Program-made: the position numbers and the translations under genes
Shown here: piece after piece, positions 50,455 to 63,424 of the stretch
Position numbering within the stretch: the stretch's first letter is position 1
How the letters are laid out: each line of letters starts with the position of its first letter
From: Octopus bimaculoides
Taxonomy: Eukaryota
Length of the DNA stretch: 64,000 nt
Reading direction: 5' to 3'
Assembly (NCBI RefSeq): GCF_001194135.2
Contig: NC_068998.1
Span: 23,314,098 to 23,378,097 of the forward strand
The notes under the pieces: model-generated
Told to the model about the DNA's origin: nothing
Databases searched by the model: none
The model's input: the letters and a program-made list of their open reading frames with translations, nothing else

Positions 50455-50600
50455 TAAACGTTTCATTGAGGTCGACTTTGTCTTTCATCTTTTCCAGATC
50501 GATGAAATACGTTCTAGCTGAGTACTGGGTTTGATTTAATCGGCAAATCCCCTTTCCAGAAATTGGTGGTCTTGAGCCAAATTTGGAAATCAATACTATA
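50455..50600 (+). mobile_element. SINE family A 3' part
   Basis: gaggtcgactttgtctttcatctttt...gagtactggg.ttgatttaatcg...aaattggtggtcttgagccaaatttggaaatcaat. Confidence 0.75.
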
Positions 50601-50669
50601 TTTAAATTTTCGTACATTCTGTTTTTACTGCAATTACGTTGAAATTGAAACAATATTGATATTCTGAAT

Positions 50670-50674
50670 AATAA

Positions 50675-50746
<72 letters not shown>

Positions 50747-50820
50747 AGGTGGTGGTGGTGGCGGTAATAGTAGTAGTAGTAGTGGAGGTGGTGGTGATGG
50801 TGGCGGTAGTAGTAGTAGTA

Positions 50821-50851
<31 letters not shown>

Positions 50852-50873
50852 CAGCAGCAGCAGCAGCTGCAGC

Positions 50874-50919
<46 letters not shown>

Positions 50920-50946
50920 ATAGTATAAGTAGTAGTAGTAGTAGTT
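50670..50946. repeat. (TAG)n/(GTG)n/(CAG)n compound trinucleotide array
   Basis: Directly visible. Confidence 0.96.
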
Positions 50947-50959
50947 AAGACGTCATGCA

Positions 50960-52945
50960 GTATCCAATATCGTGATGTGCTGATGAAGATATTGTGTTTA
51001 CCGGGTGGGGAGGGGTACTGTCTGTCAAGTCACAAGGACCTCAGACAGTATTTTACGCAATGTGTGTGCAGTTCTAAGATTATTGAAATGCATCTGGATT
51101 ACAGGGTACTTCTAAAGTCTCCAGATGTTTTTTTTTTCAGTTTGGTGTTATTGAACCCAATGCTCCGATGACAACAGGGACAAATGATTCATGCGGCTGC
51201 CACATATTTGCGATCGTAATTCTCAGGTCTCCATATTTATCAATCTTTTCTCTTTCGTTCAATATATATTGATGTCCTGGTATTGCCACATTGATTATTA
51301 GGCACTCTTGTTTGTTCCTCCTAAAGGTTACTATATCCGGCCTTCGGGTCTCTAACAACTTATCTTTCTGGAAGTCAAAGCCCTAGAAGATTTTTGCCTC
51401 CTCCTTTTCGTCCATTATTTTTTCCCGTGTAAGTCGGTACCAAGCCCCTGTCACCTCGTATCCATACTTCCAGCATAGTAGCCACTGCCAGGGAAGGTTT
51501 GGGGGTGACCTTGTCGTACCTGAGCTTGTACTCTTTCTGTGCAAGCCTTTCACAATCACTAACCATATGAATCACGCTTTCGACACTATTCCCACACATT
51601 CAGCAGAAGTTCGTTGCGCTTGCGTGGTATATATCCCTCTTCACTGAGTTGGTATCCAATGTCTGGTTCTATGCAGCCATGAGTAAGTTTTCAGTATTCC
51701 TTTTATGTCACACTTACTGAGCCACCGCCATGATGCTTCCTGGTCTTTTAAGTTGTTAGTTTCACGGTGGAATTGATCATGTAATTCCATGTGAAGTAGG
51801 GTTTCTTCGCTCTCGTTGCCTGTTCGAGATCGGACTTCATGAGCACTCTTAAGTTCATTTTTGGTAAATCCTTCTGCATTACTAGCATTCTGTAGCAGGT
51901 CTTGCTTGCTGTTTACTAAATATTCTACCATGTTCTTTCACTTTTTATGCACTCCCGTACGCTAATCAATCCACGTCTACCTTAACCCATCTTCAATTAA
52001 GACCTGTGAACATTCGCCTTAGGGTGGATGGCTTCATGCATTACGATTGTCATTCGGGTAGTGCCATCGAGTTGGTTAATATCCGTTTGTGTCCATTTCA
52101 GGATGGGTGCATTAAAGCGAACTACAGCAACAGCACCATGTTGATGACAGTCACAAGGTTCCTTGAGTCTGCTGCACTTTAAATATTTAGTGATAACATT
52201 GACTTTCATTTCTTTGTGCAAGATATTTTCCAGCTCCAGGATCACAAGGTACTTTTACACATCATCATCCGGGTCTTCCATTCTCTCTCTGTTTGGCAAT
52301 CCTATGCCCCTACAATCTGCTCATTTTCCCCGTTTCAAACTGAGAACCATACATTTCGAGATATCGAATTTCATCCCTATATCTTTGCTGCACATTTGCA
52401 CAGTCTCCACCAGCCTCTCCATTTCCGGCTTTGTTTATGCAAACAGTTTAAAATAATTCACGAAGGGAAGGTTGTTGAGACGGCGTCCATTTTTTCTCAT
52501 GTCATAGAGCCTGTTGACCTTGCGTAGGACTATGGAGAGTGGGATCAAGGCTATAACAAATAACAAGGGTGAACAAGAGTTTCCCTGGAAGAAAGCTCCT
52601 TTCACTGTTACCTCGGCTACGTGCTGGTTGTTACAGAAAAGATTTGTTTTCTGACTAGGCATGCTGTTCCTAAATCTCAACTATTCCACACTTGTTGAGT
52701 GTTTCCAGAATCCACGAACGCGGCAACATATCGTAAGCCTTTTAAAAGTAATTCCAGGCCATGTAGGAGATTTTTTGGTACCGTTTTCTCTACAACCTTG
52801 TCTATCCTCGGTGCCTTCGGATCCTTTTCAGCATCTGTTTTGTTCTACTGGAAACAGATTTTTTTCCCGCAAGGAACGTATATATTTTCCATGCGAAGAT
52901 TTCTCTTACGACCTTTTCCCCTGCAACGAAGCCTGCGAAGATGAC
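50960..52945 (-). mobile_element. 5'-truncated RLE-type (R4/Dong-like) LINE: RT, CCHC zinc finger and RLE endonuclease, with stops/frameshifts
   Basis: KAYDMLPRSWILETL; FFQGNSCSPLLFVIALIPLS...NNLPFVNYFKLFA; MCGNSVESVIHMVSDCERLAQKEYKLRYDKV; RRPDIV...INVAIPG...EKIDKYGDLR...VPVVIGALG; TAHTLRKILS. Confidence 0.93.
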
Positions 52946-52952
52946 TGATAAC

Positions 52953-53055
52953 CTTCTTCTTCTTCTTCTTCTTCTTCTTCTTCTTCTTCTTCTTCTTCTT
53001 CTTCTTCTTCTTCTTCTTCTTCTTCTTCTTCTTCTTCTTCTTCTTCTTCTTCTTC
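52953..53055. repeat. (CTT)n pure trinucleotide microsatellite
   Basis: Directly visible. Confidence 0.98.
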
Positions 53056-53074
53056 CTGGCTTTTGCCAAAAATT

Positions 53075-54065
53075 TAAACTGATGAGATTGATTTCTATAA
53101 TCTCAGTAGAAATTCCAAACTCCACGAAAGACAAGGAACTTTATGAAAGTGTATAATGGAACATGTTTTATGGCTCATGTGGTGAACTCAACCCAGCTGC
53201 ACCTTGCATGAAAGACAAGAATTGTACGAAATACTATGCTAAAAGTTTCATTAAAGAAACGCAAACGGGTAATAAGGTATATCCGTCATGTATAAGAATG
53301 GATAGTGCCTTAATGCCTTCTTTTGTCTAAGACATTCAATGCTCAAATATTTGTTGAATATTCTTATTCTATAAAGTCAATTAAGTACATTTCTAAATAT
53401 GTTAAGGGTTCTTATGCTAAAATTCTCAACCTTCAACAACAGACATTTCACGATGAAGTGATACATTTCCAAATGGGGCGGTATATTTGCAGCAATGAGG
53501 CTTTTTGGAGAATATTTTGTTTTCTTATTCATGAAAGATATCCTCCAGTGAAACAAATCTCAGCTCATTTAGAATATATTTCACTACAGAGACTGCTGCT
53601 CAGCAATCTACAGCTCTAAGGGAAGCTACATTAAGAGCATTTTTCAAACATTGCCAGAAAGAGTCTATCGATAAAATCCTGTTGTACTAGCAATTACTAT
53701 CATACTATACACGAAGCAACACACAATGGAATTGCAGAAAAATAGGCACTGAGGTTGATGGTTATCCTGATAACCTATTTGACAATGTTCTGGAAAGAGG
53801 TTATACTGTGCATCCAACTCAGCAGGAATGATTTTACCTACGTTTGGTTCTCCATGAAATTCGTGTTCCCATATCTTTTATCGACCTTTGAACTGCTGAT
53901 GGTTAAGTTTGTACTTCGAATAGAGAAGCAGTTTCTAGGTTAGCTTTGTCATTGGATGGCATCTATGTCAGAAGCTTCTGTGTCTTGCACAGGAGGCTAT
54001 TTAAGAACACTGTTTGCTATTCTCCTTAAATACTGTGATTTAGGGGATCCAGGATAAATATGGCT
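53075..54065 (+). mobile_element. Helitron Rep/helicase ORF relic (Rep domain C-terminal part)
   Basis: IISVEIPN...ELYESV*WNMFYGSCGELNPAAPCMKDKNC; SKTFNAQIFVEYSYSIKSIKYISKYV-KGS; GRYICSNEAFWRIFCFLIHERYPPV; YTVHPTQQE*FYLRLVLHEIRVPISF. These are characteristic Helitron motifs. Confidence 0.92.
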
Positions 54066-54569
54066 GTCTCGTATAATGGGAATCAACAATTACCTCCCCT
54101 TAAATTTTTTCCTACATGTTGGTTCATTTACAAATAATTTCTTATACACGTAATTTGAAATTAAAGCTCCTTAAGAAAATATACGAAGTTACAATATTTT
54201 CACCAATTTCAACGTCACGATTAGGAAAACGCGAAACAGGTAGAAGCTTATAATATACAATCCTTTAAAATGTATTAAAAACATAAATTGTGTGCATTCT
54301 TCTTCCGTCATTATATATTTTTTCACTACAACTCACCACGCGGGTAAAATCTCGTCAACGAAATTCTTATTTACCATATATATATCATGTGTGTTTGTGT
54401 GTTATAACTATTGCCTGCTTACTATAAACGAATTAGCGACTAGTTAAGTTAATACATGCCAAAGTGTAATATGTTTCCTTTCTTTCACTTCACGATGACA
54501 GTAGAATTGATTGAAATCATGACGATTCGCTCCCTTGCTTCGGATATGAACTGCATAAAAATTGACATA

Positions 54570-54690
54570 ACAGTGTGTCTGTCAGTGTGTCTGTCAGTGT
54601 GTCTGTGTGTATGCGTGCCTGTGTGTCTGTCTGCCTGTCTGTATGTATGTCTGTATGTATGTATGTATGTATGTATATATGTATGCATAC
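54570..54690. repeat. (TGTC)/(TGTA) tetranucleotide microsatellite
   Basis: Directly visible. Confidence 0.9.
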
Positions 54691-55211
54691 ACTTACGGTG
54701 ATATGTTTTTGTTTACCGCTGTATGAATCACAATTCATAATGGGAATATTTGTGAATAACGATGGAAGAGAGTAAAACAACTTAAAACAGAATAATTTAC
54801 GCAGCCACTCGCTGAACAATATCAAACAATACACTCTGTTTAGTGATGTACTCTATCACATGGATACTTTTTCATGTTGTATGATTGCGGTTTATGAGGA
54901 AGAATTACAATAGTTGTATCAGAACATGTGGTAGTTATGCAACTATAGTGTATCATGTTTTCCTGAGGAGTAATGGGTAGAAGTTCAATATACGAGAAGA
55001 CAGTTACTTTACTAATGTCATTGTGATGTCGGAAAATAGAACCTGTAAAAAAAATCATGAAAAAACATTATTAATGCTGTTGTCAATCGCTGCATCATGC
55101 GAGATTCGTTTTCTAAAACAATCGCTTAAATTATTTACGACCATGGTGAGTTGTCATACAAGACTTTTCAATGTAAATTATTATGATATTAAGAATAAAA
55201 TAGCATTATTG

Positions 55212-55304
55212 ACGATGAAGGTGGTGTTGCAGTTGCTGTTGCTAACGGCGACGACGACGACGATAACGACTATGAGATTGATGATGATGATGATTATGAT
55301 GATT

Positions 55305-55359
<55 letters not shown>

Positions 55360-55385
55360 CGACGATTGTGATGTTGTTGGTATTG
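55212..55385. repeat. (GAT)n/(GAC)n compound trinucleotide microsatellite
   Basis: Directly visible. Confidence 0.94.
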
Positions 55386-56649
55386 ACGGTAAAGCTGGAG
55401 GTCATAGTGTTCGTATGAATAAATAGATTATCACAGCGACTGTTGCTGTAAACTGTAGAATATGAAATGTAAAAAACGAAAATTGGCAAACAAAATTAAA
55501 ACCACTAAAAACAATGACCAGTAAAATATTAATAGAGAACGGAGTCAAAGATATTTTGTGAGTGATTTTCATTGCAATATTGGCTTAAATTATAACAACC
55601 AATGTTGACACTGGTCATCGAATAGAGATGTTATATATTCAGGCGTTTATTTTAGTGTCTGTTGGTAAATTACTCAACTTGAAAGTAATTAGAAATTAAT
55701 TTTTGAGTGAGAAAGTTCTGAGTTATTAGGACACTTTTCAAGCGGATATTTTACATTTAATCAAACTCAAACATCAAATGTCTACTTTAGCTGATACAAA
55801 AGCAAAGTATAAACTTTTGTCACTCTTCTGTTAGTATTACTGTGGCACAGTTACATTGGTATCAAAATGGAAATCTCCACATGAACACTTGAAAGTATTA
55901 TCCATGAGTTTATTGTATTTAAATAGCTTTGCTATCTACATATATGTGTACCAATAATATAATCTCCAAGCAAAGTCCATGCGGCACGGTACGTGAAAAA
56001 GCTGGCTATTTCAAGAAAATATTTCTTCCGACAAATCTCCACGCAGATTCCGTCTGCCCGAATGTCACTCATAAACATTATATTATCCACGACTTGCAGT
56101 AAATTGTTTCATTTTCATTGAGTTAGATCGTATACGAGGCTTCGAACAAAAGACTTAAGCATTCAACAAATAGTACATCATATTTTATTAGCCTGACATT
56201 GCAAGTGCTTCACATGAGTCTCAATTGTACGTAAACAAATACTATGCTCAAACCTAAGTTTCGCAACTGTATGCTGGTTTCATTTATTGAGCTGAGACCA
56301 AGCTCCGCTAGAACTGATGTAATCGACGCTCGTTATATTTCTAATTAACCTCGTAATAGTAAAAAGCAAAGCAGCTTCTGAAAACAATGATACATAATCA
56401 GCAAAATTTGATTATCTAAAGCTTCACTAATAGTAATAAAAATACTATAATGCGAGTATCTATGCAGCACAGAGAGATAGAGGGCGAGTAAGTGAGAATG
56501 AGTTACCATGTGGCTGTCATAATGCTGGAGTATGAGAGCGGATTTTTATCCATTCCGCTTCCCTCTTATTTGGTTGAAGATTTCTGCCTGTTAGGAGTTG
56601 GCATTTTTAGTCTTGCATGTGCTATATTCGTGGCTTATGTTTGGTGCAT

Positions 56650-57940
56650 GAAAGAGATTATACCACCATTCTTGACGTCTCTATTGCATGCCAAGATGTT
56701 GGGTGATCTAGTCGCGCATATATGAGTGCTTCCACTTTCCTTCTGAAGGTGTCCACATTGTGCAAGTTTCTTTTGGTGGTGCATTGAAAAACTGTGGACA
56801 TATAAATCTCGAAGTATTGCAGTAACTGGTACTCATTTGGTATGGATTGGACGGTACCTTTGTTACAACACACTGACTCCCAGTACGAGAATTTCTTTAC
56901 CCGTTCCTGACATGTGAAATTATTATTTGTCTCTGTTTCTTCGCTCTTGGAAATAAAGTCTTAATTTTTTAACCTCATCCAGTAGATCATCTCCTGCATA
57001 GTCGTAAGCCATAGACCAGGTGTATAAGAAGAAAGGTCTTCTGCAGAAAGACTTTGGTATCCATTAATGCAATTGTCTACAGTTGCTATGTTGGAAATGT
57101 GCACATGTAAGGATGCATTATTACACATCCTACTTCCCTAATCTCTCATTCTGTGTGACTTAGAAATTGTATTGGGTTGTCCGGAAAGTTCGTACCGATT
57201 TTTAAAGGAGAGAAAAAGGTCAATAAATACTTGCCATTACATTTTTAATCAACCAAATATGAAACATTTCTTTGTAAAATACCTCTCTCTCTTTCCTTTA
57301 ACTAGAAAATGTCCTCTTCCCGGAATTGAGGTGGTTTCATGGCAAATAAGTCGAAAGGTAAGCTACTATAAATCGGCACGAACTTTCCGGACAACCCAAT
57401 AGTATTTTCTGGTCTTGAATATATTTGCAGCCTCTGGTGCATTTGTGAGATGATAGTGCAGTTCTTCAAACTTTCCATAATTAAACTGCATATTTGCTTT
57501 GTTTATCCCACCTGTATATTGCATTTAGATCCCACTTCAATTTTGCAACAACTTCAGCAATCTTTATTTTTCTGCGATAATTTTGTATCACTGCCATAGT
57601 TAATAACACTGATTGTCTGAGTGACCACGGGCATGTCTTGGTGAGCTACTTTAAAGAGTAATGTCTCTCAGATAAGTCTCTGGCGCACTTCACTCAGAAT
57701 ATGTCTTTTACTTGAGAGGGCGCCAGTGACTCCAACTGACTTCTATTATTTAAGAGGTCATTCAGCTACTCTCGTAGATTACTAGCTATACCAAATCACC
57801 AGGATGTGGCACATCACGCCATGGTGCACCTTGTCAAATGCATATGCAGAGCACCCTGTCAATATTTGAATGGAAACTCAAATCCTACATTTCCCATAGA
57901 GAGGGGTGAGTCAGCTCCTTCCTGGCTGGGTAACATTCAG
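56650..57940 (-). mobile_element. CR1-clade LINE RT-to-C-terminus relic, interrupted by MITE
   Basis: Minus strand: QPGRS*LT; AYAFDKVHHGVMCH; GVTGALSS; NYGSDTKLSQKI...DLNAIYRW; C-terminal KRNLHNVDTFRRKVE. Confidence 0.72.
57172..57399. mobile_element. Mariner-derived MITE, copy 2 (intact ends)
   Basis: TA target duplication (57170-71, 57400-01). 30-bp TIRs match 29/30: ttgggttgtccggaaagttcgt(a/g)ccgattt. Confidence 0.95.
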
Positions 57941-58074
57941 CAATTTTTTTTGTTTTTTGTTTTAGGTAAGTTATAAGCTTCAATCTGAGGATTGATTCCA
58001 TGATTTTGCTGATACGTTAAGTCAAAGGGATGTAGTATATAGACTGCGTAGTTCCTGATTTTAAGAACAAGATA

Positions 58075-58660
58075 TATGATGCCTTGTCTTAGCTTTTTAG
58101 GAAATTTTGAATTTGCATGTAAACGCTGCCTGCTTATGACATCGAGTGAAAATCTGGGAAACAATCAGATGACGTTGTTGAGTATACACGCATTGCATGT
58201 ATGGTTACTGTTATTTTTGCCTCCTCAATATCTGCCGCTTCTCCTGCAGTCATGTGCTCTCATACGAGGAGAAATATCGCATCAAATTTTGCCAAAAGCT
58301 TGGTGAAACCCAAGCTCAAACCAACCTGAAGATTCAGCTGGACTTTGACAATGATGTCATGAGAAAAACTCAGGTCAACGAGTGGTTAAACCGCATCAGA
58401 TAAGGTCGTATCTCAGTGGAGAATGAGATACGCTCACGGAAACCATCCCCAGGCCTAAACCAGGTGACGATTGAGAAGGTCCTGCGAATAGTTATGGAAG
58501 GACGTATTGTAACAATCCCGGATATCATACATGAAGTGGAAATAAGTGCATTCCATTTCAATGGAAAAGTTTTCGATGCGGAAAGTGCTGCCGAAATTCG
58601 TTCCGAACTTGCTGGTGAAACAAAAACAACTCCGCATGCAAATCCCTGTACATAACAACG
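58075..58660 (+). mobile_element. Mariner transposase 5' fragment (HTH region)
   Basis: YRIKFCQKLGETQAQT...QVNEWLNRIR*GRISVENEIRSRKPS...IEKVLRIVMEGRIVTI; FSMRKVLPKFVPNLL. Confidence 0.85.
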
Positions 58661-59419
58661 TTATAGGAGAGCAAATAACGCTTCCAATCAAGTTTAGATC
58701 ATTTTTTGATATTTTAAAAGCTAAATATAATTATCTTAGCTTCAATGATAGAAGAAAGCATGCGGAATTCCATAGTGTTGGTCACATGCAACAAACATTT
58801 ATATAAAACGTCATGAGGTAAAATATCAAGAAAAATAATAGAAGTAAAGCAAAAAATTAAATTTAAGTATAATTAACTTTTTTTATTTTAAAAACAAACT
58901 ATATTTTAATCACGCTAAAATAACAGAGCTTTACTCGGGGAATTTCATGGTATCAATCGCATGCAATGAAGTCTTAAAGGAAAAAAAAATTATGAGTGAT
59001 TGTTTCTAAAATTTGAGGGTGATAATATAGTACTATACTGTTTTATGAAGATACTTCAATAAAGGGACTTTTAATATGTGTCACCGGCATCATTGAGGTA
59101 AGGAAAATTATCAACGACACCGCTAAATTGCAATTAGTTTAATTATGTCATCTGCATTAATTAATGCAATTATATCATCAAAATGAAAAAAATTGAAATA
59201 TTAGAAATTTTGGCAATCTTTCGTTCTAACTCGAAGGCGTATGCGCACAGCTCAGCTGTTACTTTATGGCATTCGGTAAATTCCGTAAGAAGTGTTTATT
59301 TATTTATTTTTATGAGTAGTATTAAATTTATTATTCAGTTTTCAATAAGGTAAAATCTTGAATTATTAATTGACACATTATCAATTAACATAATAACACA
59401 GTCTGGAAAAACATGGATT

Positions 59420-60216
59420 ACATAGGAAAATGCTTGCAAGAGGAATATAATTTTTAAGATTATAAACCTTGAAAAGTACAGACCAAGTTTAAACACTTCG
59501 AAAAGTTCAGGACAAGCTATTACATCTGGTAATGTACAAAACAAGAAAATTTATAATTAAAATATTACAGCTGAAGTTAAACTTTGAATATTAAATATTA
59601 TTTGATTCTAATTTACAAAGTAACATTTTAATTCTAAGAGTAACTATCATTTTGTTAAAATATTGACACACTAGAAGACTTAAGAAATGAGCGCCATAAT
59701 TACCCGATATAGAAAAAAGTCTTATGCAAAGTAGAATAGTATATATATTGTAGGCAATTCATTATTTAAAAAATAGGCATTGGGTCAAGACTAGAAATCT
59801 GAAGACTTTGCAATAACGGAAGCAAATTTTACTGTAGATTTGTTAATATAGATAGATTTTACTGCAATATATAAATAATTTTTGTATTATTCTCTTTATT
59901 GTATAACTAATTATGTACAGCTATTATTTTTATAACCTATTTTTAAGTTTCTAATTATTAATTAATACTTTAAAAAATGAATTCTTTCAAAATTCAAAAA
60001 GTATTTTGAGTTATTTTTAATTTATAATAGACGTAACAATTAATTGTTTTAATAAAAGCTAATATTATCTAAATCTAAATATCTTATTCGAAATTTTATC
60101 CTTAGCTGCAATATCTTAAGTAAAAATTCCCTTCCTCTGCATTTTACCAGATACAATGACTTTTTACAGATTTATAATCTTCAGAATATTCCTCTTGCTC
60201 GCATTTTTCCATGTAA
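59420..60216. repeat. Long imperfect inverted repeat (fold-back / MITE-like)
   Basis: Revcomp of ~59425-59600 (cttcagctgtaatatttta...taccagatg...tttataatctt...atattcctcttgcaagcattttcctatgtaat) aligns to ~60040-60216 (ccttagctgcaatatctta...taccagata...tttataatcttcagaatattcctcttgctcgcatttttccatgtaat). Confidence 0.7.
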
Positions 60217-61539
60217 TATATATAACAATCTATTTATTTATATACATATATGCATATACACACATACGTATACATGCGTACATGCATACAGGCATACATG
60301 CACACATGTGTGTGTGTATGTGTGTACGTACATATGTGTGTATGTAATATTAAACACCGTGTAAAAACAAGACTATTTATGCTAGTTGATATGGAGTTGA
60401 AGGAAGTGGCAAAGTATGACGACATATTTTATTAAAATTACTCTCTAAATATGAACGAGAATCAAATGTTTTCAAGAACATATAGAACAGAAAGTGATGC
60501 TATTCACAACAGTGTTATTTGGAAGAAATCTATAAATATACACACACGAACGAAATGAATACCTGTGGCATAAATACAGAGAAGGCATCAATGTATTACA
60601 ATAGTATACGATTTAATGAACTCCAATATGGCACAGATTCAGTTATCTTTAGACTTGTCTCCACATATTCAATTTCATAATATTGGTAACTCGCAGCATA
60701 GAGTAAGACAACCTTGCTAAATATATATGTTTGCTAAAAATGAGTATGGGCAAAGCTCGGAGACCAATATACTGGCGATAAGGAGGTTCCATTGTTATTG
60801 TATAGTGCTTTTGATATTGAAATACTGCACTATATACCTAACATGAAATCTCGAGATCTTTTAATAATTTAAGCACTTAAAGTAGCAGTCCGCAGAAGTC
60901 CAACTCAATAATAGAAACATCATATCGGTAACTCTGATATCTCAACAATACCCATAACTCCATCATTAGATAAACGGTACCTATATACTACCGTCTCTCA
61001 GACGGAAAGACTATATTATATCCTAAAGCCACAACCACTTTAAAAGATGAGATCTAGTCAATTATGAAACTTCTTTATACACTGTTCGGTAACTGCAGCC
61101 GATTTAAACATATTTTTATCTAAATGTTCTTTCACTCACATGTGATGTATGAATTTAATGTGATACATCTAAAGCCGCAGGTAAATAAACAGGAATTTTG
61201 TTTTCGTTTGATTATATATTTTTTCAATTACAAGGCTTTCATGTAAGTATATTGAAGTTGAATTCAGACGCGTTATCGATCTTTGATCGATATTTTTATC
61301 TATATACATTCTCAAGCATATTTTTTTTTCGAAAAATTCTTTTGTTGTATTATTTAGTTTTTAATAATGAAAGTTTGGTGAAAATATTTCTATTTCAACT
61401 GGAAAATATATGACGCATAACAATGTTTATAAACATGCATGAATTTGTAGACGTGATCATACATGTAAGAGTGTATATGCGTTAAAGTATATAAGTATCA
61501 ATGTGTGTGAGCAAGTAAATATAGATGTGTATTAACATG

Positions 61540-61577
<38 letters not shown>

Positions 61578-62634
61578 NNNNNNNNNNNNNNNNNNNNNNN
61601 NNNNNNNNNNNNNNNNNNNNNNNNNNNNNNNNNNNNNNNNNNNNNNNNNNNNNNNNNNNNNNNNNNNNNNNNNNNNNNNNNNNNNNNNNNNNNNNNNNNN
61701 NNNNNNNNNNNNNNNNNNNNNNNNNNNNNNNNNNNNNNNNNNNNNNNNNNNNNNNNNNNNNNNNNNNNNNNNNNNNNNNNNNNNNNNNNNNNNNNNNNNN
61801 NNNNNNNNNNNNNNNNNNNNNNNNNNNNNNNNNNNNNNNNNNNNNNNNNNNNNNNNNNNNNNNNNNNNNNNNNNNNNNNNNNNNNNNNNNNNNNNNNNNN
61901 NNNNNNNNNNNNNNNNNNNNNNNNNNNNNNNNNNNNNNNNNNNNNNNNNNNNNNNNNNNNNNNNNNNNNNNNNNNNNNNNNNNNNNNNNNNNNNNNNNNN
62001 NNNNNNNNNNNNNNNNNNNNNNNNNNNNNNNNNNNNNNNNNNNNNNNNNNNNNNNNNNNNNNNNNNNNNNNNNNNNNNNNNNNNNNNNNNNNNNNNNNNN
62101 NNNNNNNNNNNNNNNNNNNNNNNNNNNNNNNNNNNNNNATATATATATATATATATATATGAATATACACATATTTTTATATGTCTGTATATACATATAT
62201 ACAGTTAATGGACGGTGAGATACCATAGGGTAATATGTATGCAAGTTTGATTTTGAGTATCATCTTCATTATATATTAGGGTGTGAAAGTATAGAACGTT
62301 TTTAATGTATATCATTATGTCATATTCTGAATTTGAGTTAACATTTCGTTTACCTGACTTCTGGTATACCATTATATTCTACAGAGTTTATTCCATTTCT
62401 CCTTTCTTACTTTACTCAAAATTATATATATATATATTTTTCCTTAATGTACGAAATTTCTGACCAAGAACAGTAATGAAATTACACTTTACTTAGCTTA
62501 TTCGAAGATACAACTATAAATATCACCATATCTGCCTATAAACATAAACCATACGTATTACTATACTTGTGTGTACGAGTGTATACAAACAGAAATAAAT
62601 TTACATCGTATCTTGCATGCATACATACATGTAT

Positions 62635-62709
<75 letters not shown>

Positions 62710-63424
62710 CATATATATATGGTTGCGCATATCTATATACATTATACATGTATAAATAAAATATATATGCATATATACATATATATGCATATATGGGTAC
62801 ACGATTTCATAGACCATCGGCCATCATTCTTCTAACTTGAGTTTCTTTGTTTCTTTCCGATCAGGCGCATTCTTTTCTGTCTCCTGTCAATGCTTGTTCC
62901 TTCAACGTTCGCCACCTCAGCTCGTTAAGGCTTAGCAGCTCTTTTTGTTTGATTTGCAGTCCTGTTTTCGTTATCAAATTTGACCCTCCGGAAAATCCCA
63001 AATGTTACTTAACTTGCTTTGCGGGAGCAACTCTTTTGTCGACGACGTATCTTGTCGTGAATTCCTCGAAATAGGTAGTAGGAAAACAGCCGAGAACACA
63101 CAAACGGTCGTTTTTTTTTATGTTGCTTGTCTTGTTTTCGATTTGTTTCTTTTGTTGCTCCACCCAAATGTTCGTACTCCATGTTTTCGTATCTCATATT
63201 GTTTACGTACTATGACGTCCTGTACCCTTATATGCATATGTATATACATATATATGTAAGTATGTACGCATATGTATGTATATATGCATATATATATATA
63301 TATATATGTGCGTGTGTGTATGTGTGTGTATAATATTTATACTTTTATAGGATTGAACGCCAAGCATCCATTTCGAAGTAAGTTTTACATATATATATAT
63401 TTACTTATATATATTATATATATA

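Noticed and set aside
60560-61100. Possible RT relic (YRQYIGL...FLANIYLARL) on the minus strand
   Set aside because: Frameshifted, low-similarity match; could not assign a family.
496-62244. Long ORFs in the track containing X runs or poly-I/Y/L/N/V/R/K tracts
   Set aside because: Artefacts of N-gaps and di/trinucleotide microsatellites, not coding.
62840-63220. Possible LINE ORF2 linker relic on the minus strand
   Set aside because: No diagnostic motif.
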